This document shows positions 14,507-28,681 of a stretch of 64,000 bases of DNA, one piece after another. Source of the DNA: Octopus sinensis (lineage: Eukaryota). The stretch spans positions 52,886,001 to 52,950,000 of the forward strand of contig NC_042999.1 of assembly GCF_006345805.1 (NCBI RefSeq). The letters are read 5' to 3'. A program made the translations under genes and the position numbers. The notes below the pieces were generated by a model. That model did no database searches. It was not told the origin of the DNA and saw only the letters and a list, made by a program, of their open reading frames with translations. The stretch's first letter is position 1, and every line of letters starts with the position of its first letter.

Positions 14507-15557
14507 AATAATGCAAAGTGCAAAATACATTTTGCAAGTATTAATAATGAAACCATGATGCGTAAGTAATCGTTTTATTTTGCAAATTTTCATTTGCCAT
14601 GCTTATTTTTACATTTTGGCGTTTGCTGGTTTCTTTTTGAGAACACAACACACACTTCGTGTTAAAGCGATTTGATGTCTATCTCTAGCGTTTAGGATTC
14701 CACATAAATTAATTTTATGTATTGGCTTAGTTTTTCATTGTTTGATTTGCCTAATAGTGGTTTTATCTATAATTTAATATAATATATATATATAAAGATA
14801 TTATAATATATATTATATATATATATAATATATATATAATATATATATATCTATATTATATATATATATATATATTATATATATGAAAGTCATTGTGAAA
14901 ATTACTTAATACAGTTTTTAAGTATAAGGGTTCTTTCTTTAGAAAAAAACAGTGGATGTATTCCACTGAATTTAGGTAAATAATCCTTCGAACAGTCGAT
15001 CAGCAGCGACGCCTGCTGGGTTCGGTTACTCCACATTGATAAGAGGCAACCACCTTGAAACTAACTGTGGTTGCCATATCAGCAAGGGGAAGCTACTGAC
15101 CTCCCCTGTTCAAAGGTTATAATGGTCACAGGTTTTTGTGTCACATACCTAGCTAGAGGCGATGGCCTCTTGGAGCTAATCAACGGCAGAATTCGTCCTA
15201 TTTTTCTGGACTGCCATGTGAGCTTGGCGATAACTAGTAATATCAATAAGTAATTAATCATTTGGGAAGTCGATTTTTCCTAGTGTGTGTGAGCGCTTTC
15301 GATTAATCTTTTTGAAACTCACGTGCTGTTGGTTATATATATATATATATATGTACACACACACACAGTAAAAAGTATCTGAACATGTAGGAGTCTTTTA
15401 AAGTATTTAGTAAGTTGACCGGTTTCACTTATGTAAAAATATTTTCAAAAATAAAGTATGAAGCTTTTTGTATCCACTGTGGTGTAAAAATTTAGTTTAC
15501 ATAAACATATTCAGATAAGGTAATAAAATGTTAGGTAACCCTTAACTTTATTTTGTT

Positions 15558-15690
<133 letters not shown>

Positions 15691-18600
15691 TTAGTTTAAC
15701 TACTTTAAATTTATCTAAATATTTTCTGCACCGATTTGCGGTTAAATATTTATCATACACCAGAGTATGTGCGCGCCTATGTATAAGTGTGTATGTATAT
15801 AGCTGTATATTTCCGAAGAGAATGTGATGTCATAGCAACCACATATTTAACTGAAGTGACATTGCCTGCCCATTAAGCCAGATAATGTAGAACATTGAGA
15901 AAAGACAAAATAATGCTTTATTCGTTATTATTTTGACTTAGTTAATCAATTGTGATACTAAATTCAAACAGGAAACCTTGTAATTTTAGAAATTGCTTAA
16001 ATATAAGAAAAATACCACTCATTTAAAATCTAGGATAGGCTTTTAAAGACTTTCATTATTTTCGTAAAGATAAAGCTGTGTTCGATTATAATCAAATTTT
16101 GTATTCAAGTACAAAGAACTTTACTTTACTATATAAATAAAAATGTAATTATTCATTGGTGTAGAAGTGAAGAAAATATTGTTTATACTTGAATGTTTGA
16201 ATATTATATTTCTTCAGTGAATTCTGCTGATATGTTTTACTCGGGTCATTTTTCGTTTAATCATTTATTTTTGTTAACAGATACTCTTTTTGGTTAACGA
16301 CAAGGGTTTCAGTTCATTCGATCGTTAAGTTAACGTGCAAGTAACTGAGCAGACACGCCGGACCGTAACGTAGTTCTCAGAGGGATTCAGCATATCACAG
16401 AATGTCACATGAAAGGCGCTTTTGAATGAGAGGCATATTTTTATTCTTCCGCGGACCGCTTGTATTTGTAATGTGCGAGTCAGTTGGTTCATTGCTTTTT
16501 CTAAAACCCTAGCTTCTCCAGATTCTCATTTACTCACAAAACTAACTGAACTAGTTTTTTGTTGATATAAATGCGAATCTATTTTTTATCTGTATTTAGA
16601 TACTTGAGGTTTCTAAGCAGTTGTCCATAGTTATCCCATTCTCTTTGATTTTCGATGGGATGTTCACATCAGCTGACCTCAATGACGGTAAGTTTCTTTT
16701 CTGTACCAAATAATATCCGATCTGTTAGATTTACACTTCACAGATGTCTTGATGGAAAAGTTCTACTAATATTCCTTGTATTGATAGTTGTATGTGTCTT
16801 TAATATTAGGCGGGGGTCTCTATGTTTATTCTGCTTTCCAAATGGTAATTTATATTGATTTTGTCGCATAAGAAGATATAAGCTCGATAACAATTTTGGG
16901 CAGCTGCTAATCACGTGTAATATCTTCAACAAAAATATGACATAAATTATGTTTTCAGTTGCAACTTAGAGCTCCAAGTTATTAACTGTTTATTTGCTAA
17001 TTATTCACAAACAGCTGTTATTGTACTGAATGTGCATAGACATCGAAGTGTGATGTGATCCAGCCGTCACAAGTCTGTTTAGTTCAAGTCTTCATAAAAC
17101 ACACATACATATTCTTTTTTTGGTTTGCAGAGCGTTTCACATCCAGGTATTTTTTAAGAAAGTTATTCCGGTTGTTTAGGCCTTGTGTGGGAAGCCATCA
17201 AGAAGAGAGTACTTCGCGAAGAGCTCGCTGCCGATACGTAGGGTATTATTCTCTTCCCCTTCTGGCACTAAGTCAATGTGTTTAATGTTTCCGCTCTTTT
17301 GTCTAACAAATGTCATGTGAGAGAGACCATGTCACATTCCCCGGCTATCCGCTCTCATCTCAAATCTCTACTTCCTTTATCTCTTCTTGGATAGAGGTCG
17401 TCGATATTACTATTTCGGTGGATATTTCCAGTTGATGACAATATCTTGTGCGTTTAATGTCTATTAATGTCTATTAATAGTTCTATCTCAGGACTTGGAA
17501 TAATTGTTGTCTTAAATTAGATTAAAATCAACAAGGTGGATGGCCGCGGTTGGAATACCTATGATTGTAATTTTGCTTCCTGTTTTGCCTTAGTTCACAC
17601 CAATAACCGTAGCATTTCCGTTATTATCTGACCTATGTCAGTAATTTTGAGACTAGCGCTCTTTTACCTTCTCCATTCGAGATGAAGAAGAAAGCTGTAT
17701 GCAGTTTCAGCTGCGAATTAATATTCTGACGTAACATATCAAGAGATTTGAATTCACGAATTAAAACTTAAAAGCAATGTTCCCTGGAAATAATAGAATG
17801 ATCAGAGCTGGAGCAGGAATGTTAAAATGGCGACAAGAAAAACAAATAAATACAAATCAGTATTAACTACCGTATAATCTAAAAGCAATGAAGCCTCATA
17901 AAATCAAGATTAGCTATATCGAATTACTCAACATTCTGTTACACACAAACTTTCAGTGACATCATCAAAATAAGTTAACGTATCACAGCTGTAAACGAAC
18001 ACAGTTCATTGTCGTTCTGGTTTTATGAAAATCTGTTACTACAATAAAGCATTTTCCGCATATCATTACTGAGAGAAACAAACCCTCTTCAGACATCAAA
18101 TATTCAACGACCAAAGGCTCCAACTTACATGGCGTGCTTTTAAATATACATTATGGACATCACTCCTAAATATTCACATATCAAATACATCAATGTTCCC
18201 CCCTTTTTGTTTGGTAAATAAATAACATGTAGGACATATTACCATACAATATTGCCTGAAATGCCTTGAAATCAAATAAAGAATAATCATCCTCACACAT
18301 AAAGTTCATTTTCAATAAACTGAAATGAAAACCTGAACGAAATTTTGTTAGCAAAGACAAAAAATAAAAAAAAAAAAAATAAAAATGCAGAAATTGAATT
18401 AAAATGTTGAAAGTAAAGAAATTAATCTACTAAAACATGCCTCTTAAATCCTAATATTTCATAAAAGCGGAACAAATGATCTGCCTTATAACAGCCAATA
18501 AAAGGATAAAAGTTCCGCATAGAAAACTCCAGAATAAAGGATCCGCATCCAATTCTCGAGCACGAATAAAAAACAACTTTATCATATCATCGTCTATCAA

Positions 18601-20179
18601 ATGGTTGTGTGCATTTAGAATGTACACAATTTAGGTGAAGAATATTCTATTTAAAATTTTTCTCAGAAAATATTTAGGTGTTGTCGTTTGAAAACTTTAT
18701 TAATATTCAGGAACGGTTAAAGCATTCTTAAATTTCAGCAAAATTGCATTTGTTTCCAGTTTAGAAACGTAAAAATTATATTTTTATTCATTTCACCATA
18801 TTAACATATTTCCATACCAATTCTTTCTATTAAATTAATGTTGAATATTCTTCCAATTGAATTGTACAAGTAATGTTCCATTTTTAAAGATATAATTTAT
18901 TGTATTTTCATTCGTTTAAGTGGAAATACTAAATATTCATTGTGGAACAATGCTAGGAAGATCTTTAACACTATTGAACATGAAAAACGAAAAGCATTTT
19001 AAGCAAATTAACAAACGTATAAAAATATTCATTATATTTATTTGTTGAAGATGTGAGTTCTATCCTTAAGAAGAAAACCTACAGAGAACTCTCTCAAGAA
19101 TGTCATATTTCAGCAATTAGCTATGGAAATTTAAATTCTTCTGATGTCAGTAATTAATTATTATGAAATTGTTTAAAGTATGTTAAATGTAGAAATATCT
19201 ATTTATGAAGAGGACTTTGTAAATACGAAATGCTATCCTCCGCATCACCATACTACAGTTTCTCTACTAGGATCATATTTTCCAGCTATATTTTATTATT
19301 TTAGTCTTTTATTGTAGCCAGACAGGAACACCGATTTCTAGGATTGCCTGAGTTCAAATACATGATGTCGGAAGGACGAAAGATAAACTGAACATCACTG
19401 CGATTTGAACCCAGAAACTGAAGGGATATCACCAATGTGATATCACCTCAACTGCCCATATTTAATGATAGACTGATGTATTTGTAACTCAAACCTGATT
19501 AATGAATAGCAAGATATGGAAAATGTTTGTCTAAGTATTTCCCCAACTCATAGTTTGCGCATTCAGTCAGGTTTTGTTCTGGGAAAGACGGTTTTCAAAC
19601 CAAAAGACATCAGAATCGAAATATAGAAATAAGCTAGAAAGCATTTCGGAGACATGGACTGTCTTCTAGAATAGTCAGTATATTCTAGGTATGCATTCCA
19701 ATTACGTGTCCTTGCAGTGGTCGTTCAGTCCTTACCTCGGCTACACATCAATTACAGATGTATTATTAAATTTGCATTCTCATATATAGAAATAAATATA
19801 AATCCGGATTAACAGACCACTGAATCAGCGAAATATAAATTAAATTTCATAATTACAATATATAATGCCAGAGCAACGTTGAATTGGTGGTTCAGATTAT
19901 CTGAGATAAAGAAAATTCATTTAATGACTTACAATGCACTTTTCAAAAGACCAATTAACGGGTCACTCATATATACTTTGGGGCGTTTGTGGAAAGACAT
20001 TGCCTCAGCTCTGCAATGCAACAACCTTACAGGCTTGGATTGATAAAACACAGCTTTTCTTTAATTGAATGTCTTTCACGACGACGTTCTCATTCTGTCT
20101 GTCTGACCGTCTGTCTATCTAGCCATTTATGTATCTATATCTATCTACTTATCTATCTATCTGCCTATCTATCTATTTA

Positions 20180-20280
<101 letters not shown>

Positions 20281-20417
20281 GTCAGTCTTTCTTATGTGTC
20301 TGACTGTCAATGTATCTACCTGTCTGTCTCTCTATCTGTTTATCTATCTATCTACCTGTGTATGTGGTGTGTGTATGTTTGTGTGCGTGCATGTGTGTGT
20401 TTTGATTAAAAGCCAGG

Positions 20418-20457
<40 letters not shown>

Positions 20458-20528
20458 AAAAGAAACAAAGAAAGAGATGGAGTAAATGCTGTAGAATATA
20501 TTTATATGAAGTTTGCAATTCTCTCTCG

Positions 20529-20559
<31 letters not shown>

Positions 20560-21448
20560 CCTATCTCTCTCACTCTCTCTCTCCTCATCAATGCATATTT
20601 TGGGAGGTACTACCTATGCTTATTGTGATTTCAAGTGACGCTAGACGTTTCTTCTGCTCCCTACAAAAAGATATTGAGAGGAAAACTGAGGTAAAGTGTA
20701 AAAGTAATGTTTGTCTAACAGATCTTTTCATTCACTAAACACCGTATTTTTGATGTTCTCTTGACAAATTCTCATTCATTTTGTAATTAATTCATTTTGT
20801 AATTAATGAAGGAAATGACTATTCATTCACAGTTTAAACCTTTCAATTATTTCTTGTACGTCACAAATAAGTATTTCATCTCCCTATAACGGCGAGGCTA
20901 AGCTGTGTCCCTAAAATTCACTGTAAGAAATTTCGCCTGTAGGAAAATTTACCGAAGACAAACCGCCGAATGGACAATAATAAAGTATATTATATCAATG
21001 AAATTTGATTTAAATATAAAGAAATGCAAAAGGTTCTCTAAATGTACTAAATAGTCAGGATTTATTCAGCATCAAACATTTAATAAGAACATGATGAGAA
21101 CATTTCAAATGAAAATTCTTACGATGAATTTTCCTACAGCAAAATGTTTATGGTGAAATGTCCTCTGATCGAGGCGACCCCGAATCCTCATACATTTTTC
21201 TTGATAGAATGCGATTTATCTGATTTGTAGTTCCTTTCTTTTACAGCTTGCTGACTAAATGCATGTCTACTTTCTTCTGACTCCACTCACTTAGGCTCTG
21301 TTACAGTCTGTTATCGGTGTATTTACAATGCGTCTCATTTACAATTTCATATAAATCCGAGGTTCTTGACTTACCTGAACATCACATCATCACTAGATAT
21401 CTCTCTGTCTCTATCTGCCACCTCTCTCTCTCTCTCTCTCTCTCGCTG

Positions 21449-21515
<67 letters not shown>

Positions 21516-21526
21516 GTAAATGGATG

Positions 21527-21562
<36 letters not shown>

Positions 21563-21592
21563 CGTGTGTGTATATTTATATATATATATGTG

Positions 21593-21625
<33 letters not shown>

Positions 21626-21975
21626 GGCGCAGAATGGCTGTGTGGTAAGTAGCTTGTTTACCAACCACATGGTTCCGGGTTCAGTCCCACTGCGTGGCAC
21701 CTTGTGCAAATGTCTTCTACTATATCCGCGGGCCGACCAAACCCATGTGTGTGGATTGGGTAGATGGAAACATTTGTATATATTTGTGTTTCTGTCATTG
21801 GCACCCCACTACCGTCGCTGATGATGGTGTGTTTACGTCCCCGTAACTTTGTGTTTTGGAAAAAGGCACCGATAGAATAAGTACTAGACTTACAAGGAAT
21901 AAGACCTGGGGTCGATTTTTTTCGACCAAAGGCGGTGCTCCAGCATGGCTGCACTCAAATGACAGAAGCAAAAAA
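21626..21975 (+). mobile_element. tRNA-derived CORE-like SINE
   Basis: GGCGCAG.AwTGGCTGTGTGGTAAG A box, GGTTCAGTCCC B box, CACCTTG.GCAA.TG core-like segment; starts at (TA)n. Confidence 0.88.
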
Positions 21976-22139
21976 AAAGAACGAAAGAATATATAATATA
22001 TATATATATATATTGCTTCGTTGTTTTATTGTTTTATCAGTTTCAGCTCAAAGCTGCGGCCATGCTGGGGCACCGCCGTTTTTCTACACTGTTATTATTG
22101 AGAACATCTTCTGATAAGTAGCATTTGGTGAGTAACAGT

Positions 22140-22780
22140 GTTTGATGTCCGTGCCCTTTGAGTTATTGAGCAAGGTGACCCACCTAGTCAACACCTGGCC
22201 TTGGCGATGGCTATCCTTGAAAGGGAGGGTGGAGGTGGCCAATGTGTTTATCGCATCGGTCATCGTTTACCACCGAACCGTCGTTCCTTGCCATGATTTG
22301 TGGTTAATCAAACTGGAAAGGCAGCTCTTTCGCTTCTTGTGGAGGAACTCGAAACCGCTTATTAAACGCTCTATTTGCAGACAAAAACCGTTAAAGGGTT
22401 GACTAGGGATGCCTTGGCTGTTGATGCGCAGACATGCGCTGAGGTTGAGGCATCAGAGGCTCTACCTGGTTTGTGAACGGGTGTGATCTCCGCTTGCGAA
22501 ACAAATGTTTCCCAGGTTTAATAGTTTTAGTGGACGGGAAACTCGGTTCTATCGTAGATCGATTCTGAGTACATTGTTTATGGAGTGCCGTAAGGGTCTC
22601 CTGCTATTCCGTCGATCGTTAATGCCAGCGGTGGTAGTTCAGCCGCATCGTTCTATAGAGGGATGGTAGAGTCGGCATGTGACGATACTTTAAGGGAAAC
22701 CCTTGGTTTCGGTGATAATCAGTTGGCCAGTCTGTTCTAACGTACATTCGCGCCGAAGACCCTGGTTAACTTTAGATGAT
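22140..22780 (+). mobile_element. L1/Tx1-like LINE ORF2 fragment downstream of RT
   Basis: W..RWLSLKGRVEVANVFIAS...LERQLFRFLW...KG*LGMP is characteristic of L1/Tx1 ORF2. Confidence 0.85.
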
Positions 22781-22865
22781 CATATATATATATATATAAT
22801 ATATATATATATATTATATATATATTATATATATATTATATAATATATATATTATAATATATATA

Positions 22866-22904
<39 letters not shown>

Positions 22905-23151
22905 TATATATTATTTCATCTTATTTACATTTTTAACACTTTCTTCATCGGATTATCAAATTGATATATTATATAAATATACACACACGCACACACACAC
23001 ACACACACATACACACACACACACACCACACACACATATATATATAATATATATATATATATAATATCTTATTACATCTTATTTACATTTTGAACACTTT
23101 CTTCATCGGATTATCAAATGATATTAATTAATATATATATATATATATTAT

Positions 23152-23182
<31 letters not shown>

Positions 23183-23184
23183 TC

Positions 23185-25199
23185 AGCAATAATAAATCTC
23201 TGAACGAGGTATAAACAGTAGTTGCAACACATCGTGAAGTATATTTGCCACTTGAATGTGGCTAACTCCTAAGGGTGGATGCTACTCTAGCTTCTCTTTT
23301 TTTATGAAGTATAAATTTTACTTATTTTTAAAAGTTCATAAAGGGTTCCAAACCTTCTAATTCCACGACCGGTGGCAGCTCGTCAAACTCGACTTCAACC
23401 CCCAGCGGGTCTATGAAAAGTTCATACATCTCTCTTAATTTCAAATATCTCTCTTTATCTATGACTCTTCCGTTAGTGTTTTCGGCTATTTTCCTGGCAG
23501 CATCTTTACTCTTATTACCGATTTAAATTTTACAATCGTTTCTCTATTTCTTTACTTTTGGAATATGTGACCAAATGCCACTTTTATCTCTTCCTTCCTT
23601 TTCACTTCTGCTTGCTTCGGGTCCCGTCCCGATCTGTTTAGGCGTGCAGAAACATCCCAACCAATTTTATGAACGCTTCCTTTTTATCCCTGTTGTAATG
23701 CTGTTTTTTCCTGTGTGCCTTCTTTCACCACTGCTTCTGTTGGTGCTTCACGCCTATCTCTCTTTTCTTCTATCACAATCTACTTTAGCCTTTTTTGACT
23801 ACCTGGGGGAGAATTCACTTGTACCTTTCTCTTCCTCGTGTTTACTACTGTGAAGGGTTCCTCCACTCCGTGTGTCTCTTTCGTTGGTACTACCTCTTCG
23901 GTATTTTTCTTCATTTTTCTTCTCCTCTTCGTTTTCCTTCTCGGGACATCTTGCTTTTTTTCCGCCTAGGAAACATGTTGGTGGTCTTCCTTTCGACTAT
24001 TATTCGAAGTCTACCGTCTTCCGGGAGTATTATTTCCTCCGTTATACTATGCAAGTCTTTCAAAGATACCTGCATAGTCACTTCAAGGCTGTATACCCAC
24101 AAATTGGACTTTAGGGTCCTCGTCATCTTGAGGATCTCTACTCCATCCTTCATATCGTGCATTATATCTGCTACCAGCCATTCTTCCTCGATTTCGGGGG
24201 CTATTCTTCCAACTTACACTCTGGCTGCGCATTTGCCACAGTACGTCGGAAGTAGTATCCATTTCGTTGTCCGAAACGGCCGCGTGGAGTGGTTCATTGC
24301 ATCTTCTTCGTTGCTAAACCTTACTTCCATTAAGCCATACTTCTTTTCACGTGTATAGAACGTGGTAAAATTTTTCACATTTTCGAGGCATTCCTCTATT
24401 TCTTCTGTTGGGGCTACCTCTATCTTGTTCGAGGACGTAGATAACGTTCTGTATACTACCGTCCTTTTTTCTATGCTTTTCATCAGTTCTTCGGGGTGGG
24501 GGGGGGTTATCAGCTTTGGACTAGTTGCTTACTCTTTCACAAATTTTCTTCCTTCCTTCTTCTTTCTTTTGTCCGTTTCTATTTCTTTCAATTCCAGGGT
24601 GTTGGTATTTATTCCTTGTGTCATTGCCGCTGCGTGACTTTGTCTATTCTCCATCTTTCTTCAATCCTCCCGTAGACAGGGATTATACAGGTGCAAACGA
24701 AGCAGTGATTGAAATTCAATAATCTACACAATCCAACGAATCTTGGTTCTCAGGTGCGGGAAGCCTATAACAAAGATACAATATCAGTGAGTAACAATTT
24801 GAACACACATCGAAGAAATCACAACCTACCCCCGTAGGTGACAATCGCGAGTAGTCGATGAAAAGCAGGCCTCCCTTTGCAAATATATATCCTTTTTCTG
24901 GTGAAAAAAAGTCACTGATATCGAAAAAGTGTAAACAATAAATAATAAATCTCTGAGCGAGTTATAAACAGTAGCTGCAATACATCGTGAAGTATAATTG
25001 CCTCTTAAATATGGCTAAACCGAAGGATGGATGCTACTGTAGCTTGTAGTCCCAGGAGGACACCTCCTCCAGCTGGGTTTTGGCACACTTACTGTGTGTC
25101 AATAGCCAGCTGGAAGGAGGTGTCCTCCTGGGGCTACAAGCTACAGTGGCATCCACCCTTAGGGATTAGCCACAAAATTATGTTCCAAATATACTTCAC

Positions 25200-25200
<1 letters not shown>
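23185..25200 (-). mobile_element. Non-autonomous element with one Gag/ORF1-like ORF, direct terminal repeats and an inverted tail
   Basis: Repeat 23185-23293 recurs at 24936-25088, followed by an inverted copy at 25093-25200; (TA)n at both ends. Confidence 0.75.
23327..24680 (-). pseudogene. Disrupted Gag/ORF1-like protein (RRM-like region, degenerate zinc knuckle, charged linker)
   Basis: ORFs 24214-24483 and 23911-24162 join across a stop: EVRFSNEEDA..WILLPTYCGKCAARV..LRIIVE/GRPPTCF; homologous to 54653-56020. Confidence 0.75.
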
Positions 25201-25259
<59 letters not shown>

Positions 25260-25639
25260 TGTATGTGTGTATGTATGTATGTATTTGTAAGTGTGTATGT
25301 CTTTGTGTCTGAGTTTCTTTGCCATCCCACCGCTTCACAAAAGTTGTTGGTGGGTTACCTCTCCTAAACTTAGCAGTTCACCAAAAGACACTTACAGAAT
25401 AAGTACCAGAATTAAAACAAACGTCCTAGGGACGATTGATTCGACTAAAATTCTTCAAGGTGGTGCCCCAGTATGGCCGAAGTCTAATGACTGATACAAG
25501 TAGAAGACAAAAGAGAAAAGATATTTGGAAACAAAAGTAGGATGTCCTCAAAATGCTCATTATCAGTTTAGCAAATCTGTTGGTCTGAAACCCGATAAAA
25601 ACTGCGGAATACGTTGCCTTTGTTCTGTTCAATAATAAT

Positions 25640-25978
25640 CGTGGCGCTCCGTCGGTTACGACGACGAGGGTTCCAGTTGGTCTGATCAACGGAACAGCCT
25701 GCTCGTGAAGTGGTTGAGCACTCCACAGACACGTGTGCCTTTAACATAGTTCTCGGGTATATTCAGCGTGACACAGAGTGTGACAAGGCTGGCCCTTTGA
25801 AATACAGGTACAACAGAAACAGAAAGAAAGAGTGAGAGAAAGGAGCAGTGAAAGAGTACAGCAGGGTTCACCCCCTCCCTACCGAAGCCTCATGGAGCTT
25901 TAGGTGTTTTCGCTCAATAAATACTCATAACGCCCGGTCCTACGACCCCGAGTCCGCTGCCCTAACCACTGCGCCACT
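25640..25978 (-). mobile_element. Third tRNA-derived SINE family
   Basis: Minus-strand head (GGCGCA..)GTGGTTAGGGCAGCGGACTCG; copies at 33283-33652 and 51760-52020, fragment near 16290-16430. Confidence 0.85.
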
Positions 25979-26339
25979 CAATGAAAATAGATGAGACATC
26001 GTAGTAGAGGAATGTGGGCAAGTTTTATAATTAGAGAATATATGTGAAGGTTATGACAAACGGTACATTAGTGAGAAGGCACGTATGATTTATATCAACA
26101 CTTTCAAATTTCACCTGTAATCAGATGTAAAGTATGATGAAAAAACAAAAAAACTTTTCGCTTTACCTGTCTTTTTACTTCATACCTGTATGGATGTGAT
26201 TCAGGATAAAGATCCTTTACTAGTCATATCGGCACATCAGGGCCAGTTTCTTAGTTTCCATGACCTATATATTCTTTTCAAATCTAGGTACAAGGCCCGC
26301 AAGGTTTTTTTTTTTTTTGGATGGAGCCATTCGATTTGA

Positions 26340-26672
26340 TTGATTCCATCAGGCAACTGGTACTTAATTTGTCGACCGCGAAAGGATGAAAGGCAAAGTC
26401 GACCTCGGCGGAATTTGAACTCAGAACGTAAAGACAGACGAAATACCTATTTCTTTACTACCCACAAGGGGCTAAACACAGAGAGGTCAAACAAGGACAG
26501 ACAAACGGATTAAGTCGATTATATCGACCTTAGTGCGTAACTGGTACTTATTTAATCGACCCCGAAAGGATGAAAGGCAAAGTCGACCTCGGCGGAATTT
26601 GAACTCAGACAAAATACGAAATACGGCTGCGCATTTCGCCCGGCGTGCTAACGATTCTGCCAGCTCGCCGCC
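26340..26672 (-). mobile_element. Nin/Deu-domain SINE with partial tandem duplicate
   Basis: Reverse complement of the 57284 family; the core occurs twice. Confidence 0.88.
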
Positions 26673-26994
26673 TTCCCTGGCGTATATATTACTCACCCAG
26701 ATGGGACGCCGGTCCATTGCAGGTATACTCATGTGTACCAGCTGAGCAGACTGGAGCAACGTGAAATGGGATGCGTTGTTCTAGATCACAATGTATAGCT
26801 TGGTCCAGGAATCGAAACTATAATCTTACGATCAGCAATCCAAAACCGCTAGCCACAAAGGCACGCACTTCCAGTTAGATATGTTATATATTTACATATG
26901 TATGTATGCACATACAGGTGTGCTTGTGAGTGTGTGTGTGTGCATGTGTGTCTATGTGCGTATGCGTGTGTATGTGCGCGCGTGCGTGTATACC

Positions 26995-27227
26995 TATTTC
27001 TTTATTACCCACAAGGGGCTAAACTTAGAGGGGACAAACAAGGACAGACATAGGTATTAAGTCGATTACATCGACCCCAGTGCGTAACTGGTACTTAATT
27101 TATTGACCCCGAAATGATGAAAAGCAAAGTCGACCGCGGCGGAATTTGAACTCACAACGTAACGTCGGACGAAATACCGCTAAGCATTTCACCTGGCGTG
27201 CTAACGTTTCTGCCAGCTCGCCGCCTT
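26995..27227 (-). mobile_element. Nin/Deu-domain SINE, full length
   Basis: Reverse complement of 57284-57516. Confidence 0.9.
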
Positions 27228-27996
27228 TCGTGCGTGTATACCGGGCGACGAAGATATAACAGGAACATTACTGAAAGAAATAAAGAAGCAGACTTTTGTA
27301 ATTAGACACATTTGAAAAGATCTGATAGCGTTACGATCTTGTTAACAAATGTCTAATAGTAAAGAACATTGCTGGTTTGAATATATCTTCTCGTTGTATT
27401 GAGATATCTTGTGATCTTTGTGCGTTTGAATGAAAAGAAATAGCGGGGGAGTTAAACGAAGATGCTTGCGTGGGTTTCATTTTGCTGATTCATTATAAAA
27501 GATCAACGAATGTATTTATAGACGATGTTTATATACATATAAGGATATATTACGAAATTTTGAACAATTGCAGCTTATGAACAAACATATGCACCCCCAA
27601 AACACATACATATAAATACCTGTACTTTATTGTGTGGGAGTATAAATATGTATGCGTGTGAATTAACGTCACTAATACCAAAGGCATCAGTGCTAACGTC
27701 TCTATTACTGACGCATGGGTTACGATTACTTAATGTTATACTGTTAATGTTACCCAGAACATATATAGGCATGACAAATTACGATGAACACAAGTTCATA
27801 TCATTTGTTCTTACGTAATTTGTTTGGAAATCTGCCTTGGGTGTTCCACTTCTAGCCGGATACATAACGGTTCATCAAAGGAACATTTCATTGCATTGTG
27901 CTATGTATACGTATATGTGTATGTGTGTCTAAGTGTGTGGTTGTGTGCGTGTATTAGCATGTGTGTGACTGAAGGTATGTATATTTATATAAATGC

Positions 27997-28041
<45 letters not shown>

Positions 28042-28249
28042 TGTGTGTATTTATGTGTGTTTGTGTGTGTTTGTATTTGTCTATAATTGTGTGCTCGCGC
28101 ACTTGTATGTATGAGTGTCTGTATGGTGTGTCTGATTTGTTTTAAAATATAACAATCAGTTACTTAACGCGTGACGGACCGATGCGCCATAATGATAGCA
28201 GTTCCAACTACATCGATGATACTAGCAACATCCCCAAGCCTGGAGACAA

Positions 28250-28621
28250 CTAGAGATACACTAGGAATGCGAACTTAGCCAGCACCCAAGCCGTGAAATA
28301 CATAGGATCGGCAGCACAGCTTTTAAGCTTTTGCAACCACCAGCCAACCATCATGGTCCCAGAAAGCTGTTTCGTCACGTCCCTGCCAGCTATATGCAGC
28401 ACCTCAAAGATCAAGAGACCCCATAGGATATTAGGTGAAAGATCTTAAAACAACTAGGCCCCTATTTACGTTATTTAGAACAACTAGGCTCCCTATTTAT
28501 ATTACATTATGTCATATGCCCACGGGTATATGGCGTAGTGGTTAAGAGCGCGGTTTTCTAATCCCAAGATTCCGAGTTGGATTCCAAGTAGTGACCTGAA
28601 AATAATAATGATAATAATAAT

Positions 28622-28681
<60 letters not shown>

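Noticed and set aside
23795-24358. 187-aa plus-strand ORF (and 54741-55313)
   Set aside because: Antisense shadows of the purine-rich minus-strand Gag-like ORFs.
28524-28596. Functional tRNA gene
   Set aside because: Acceptor stem and T arm are degenerate; it is a SINE-type head.
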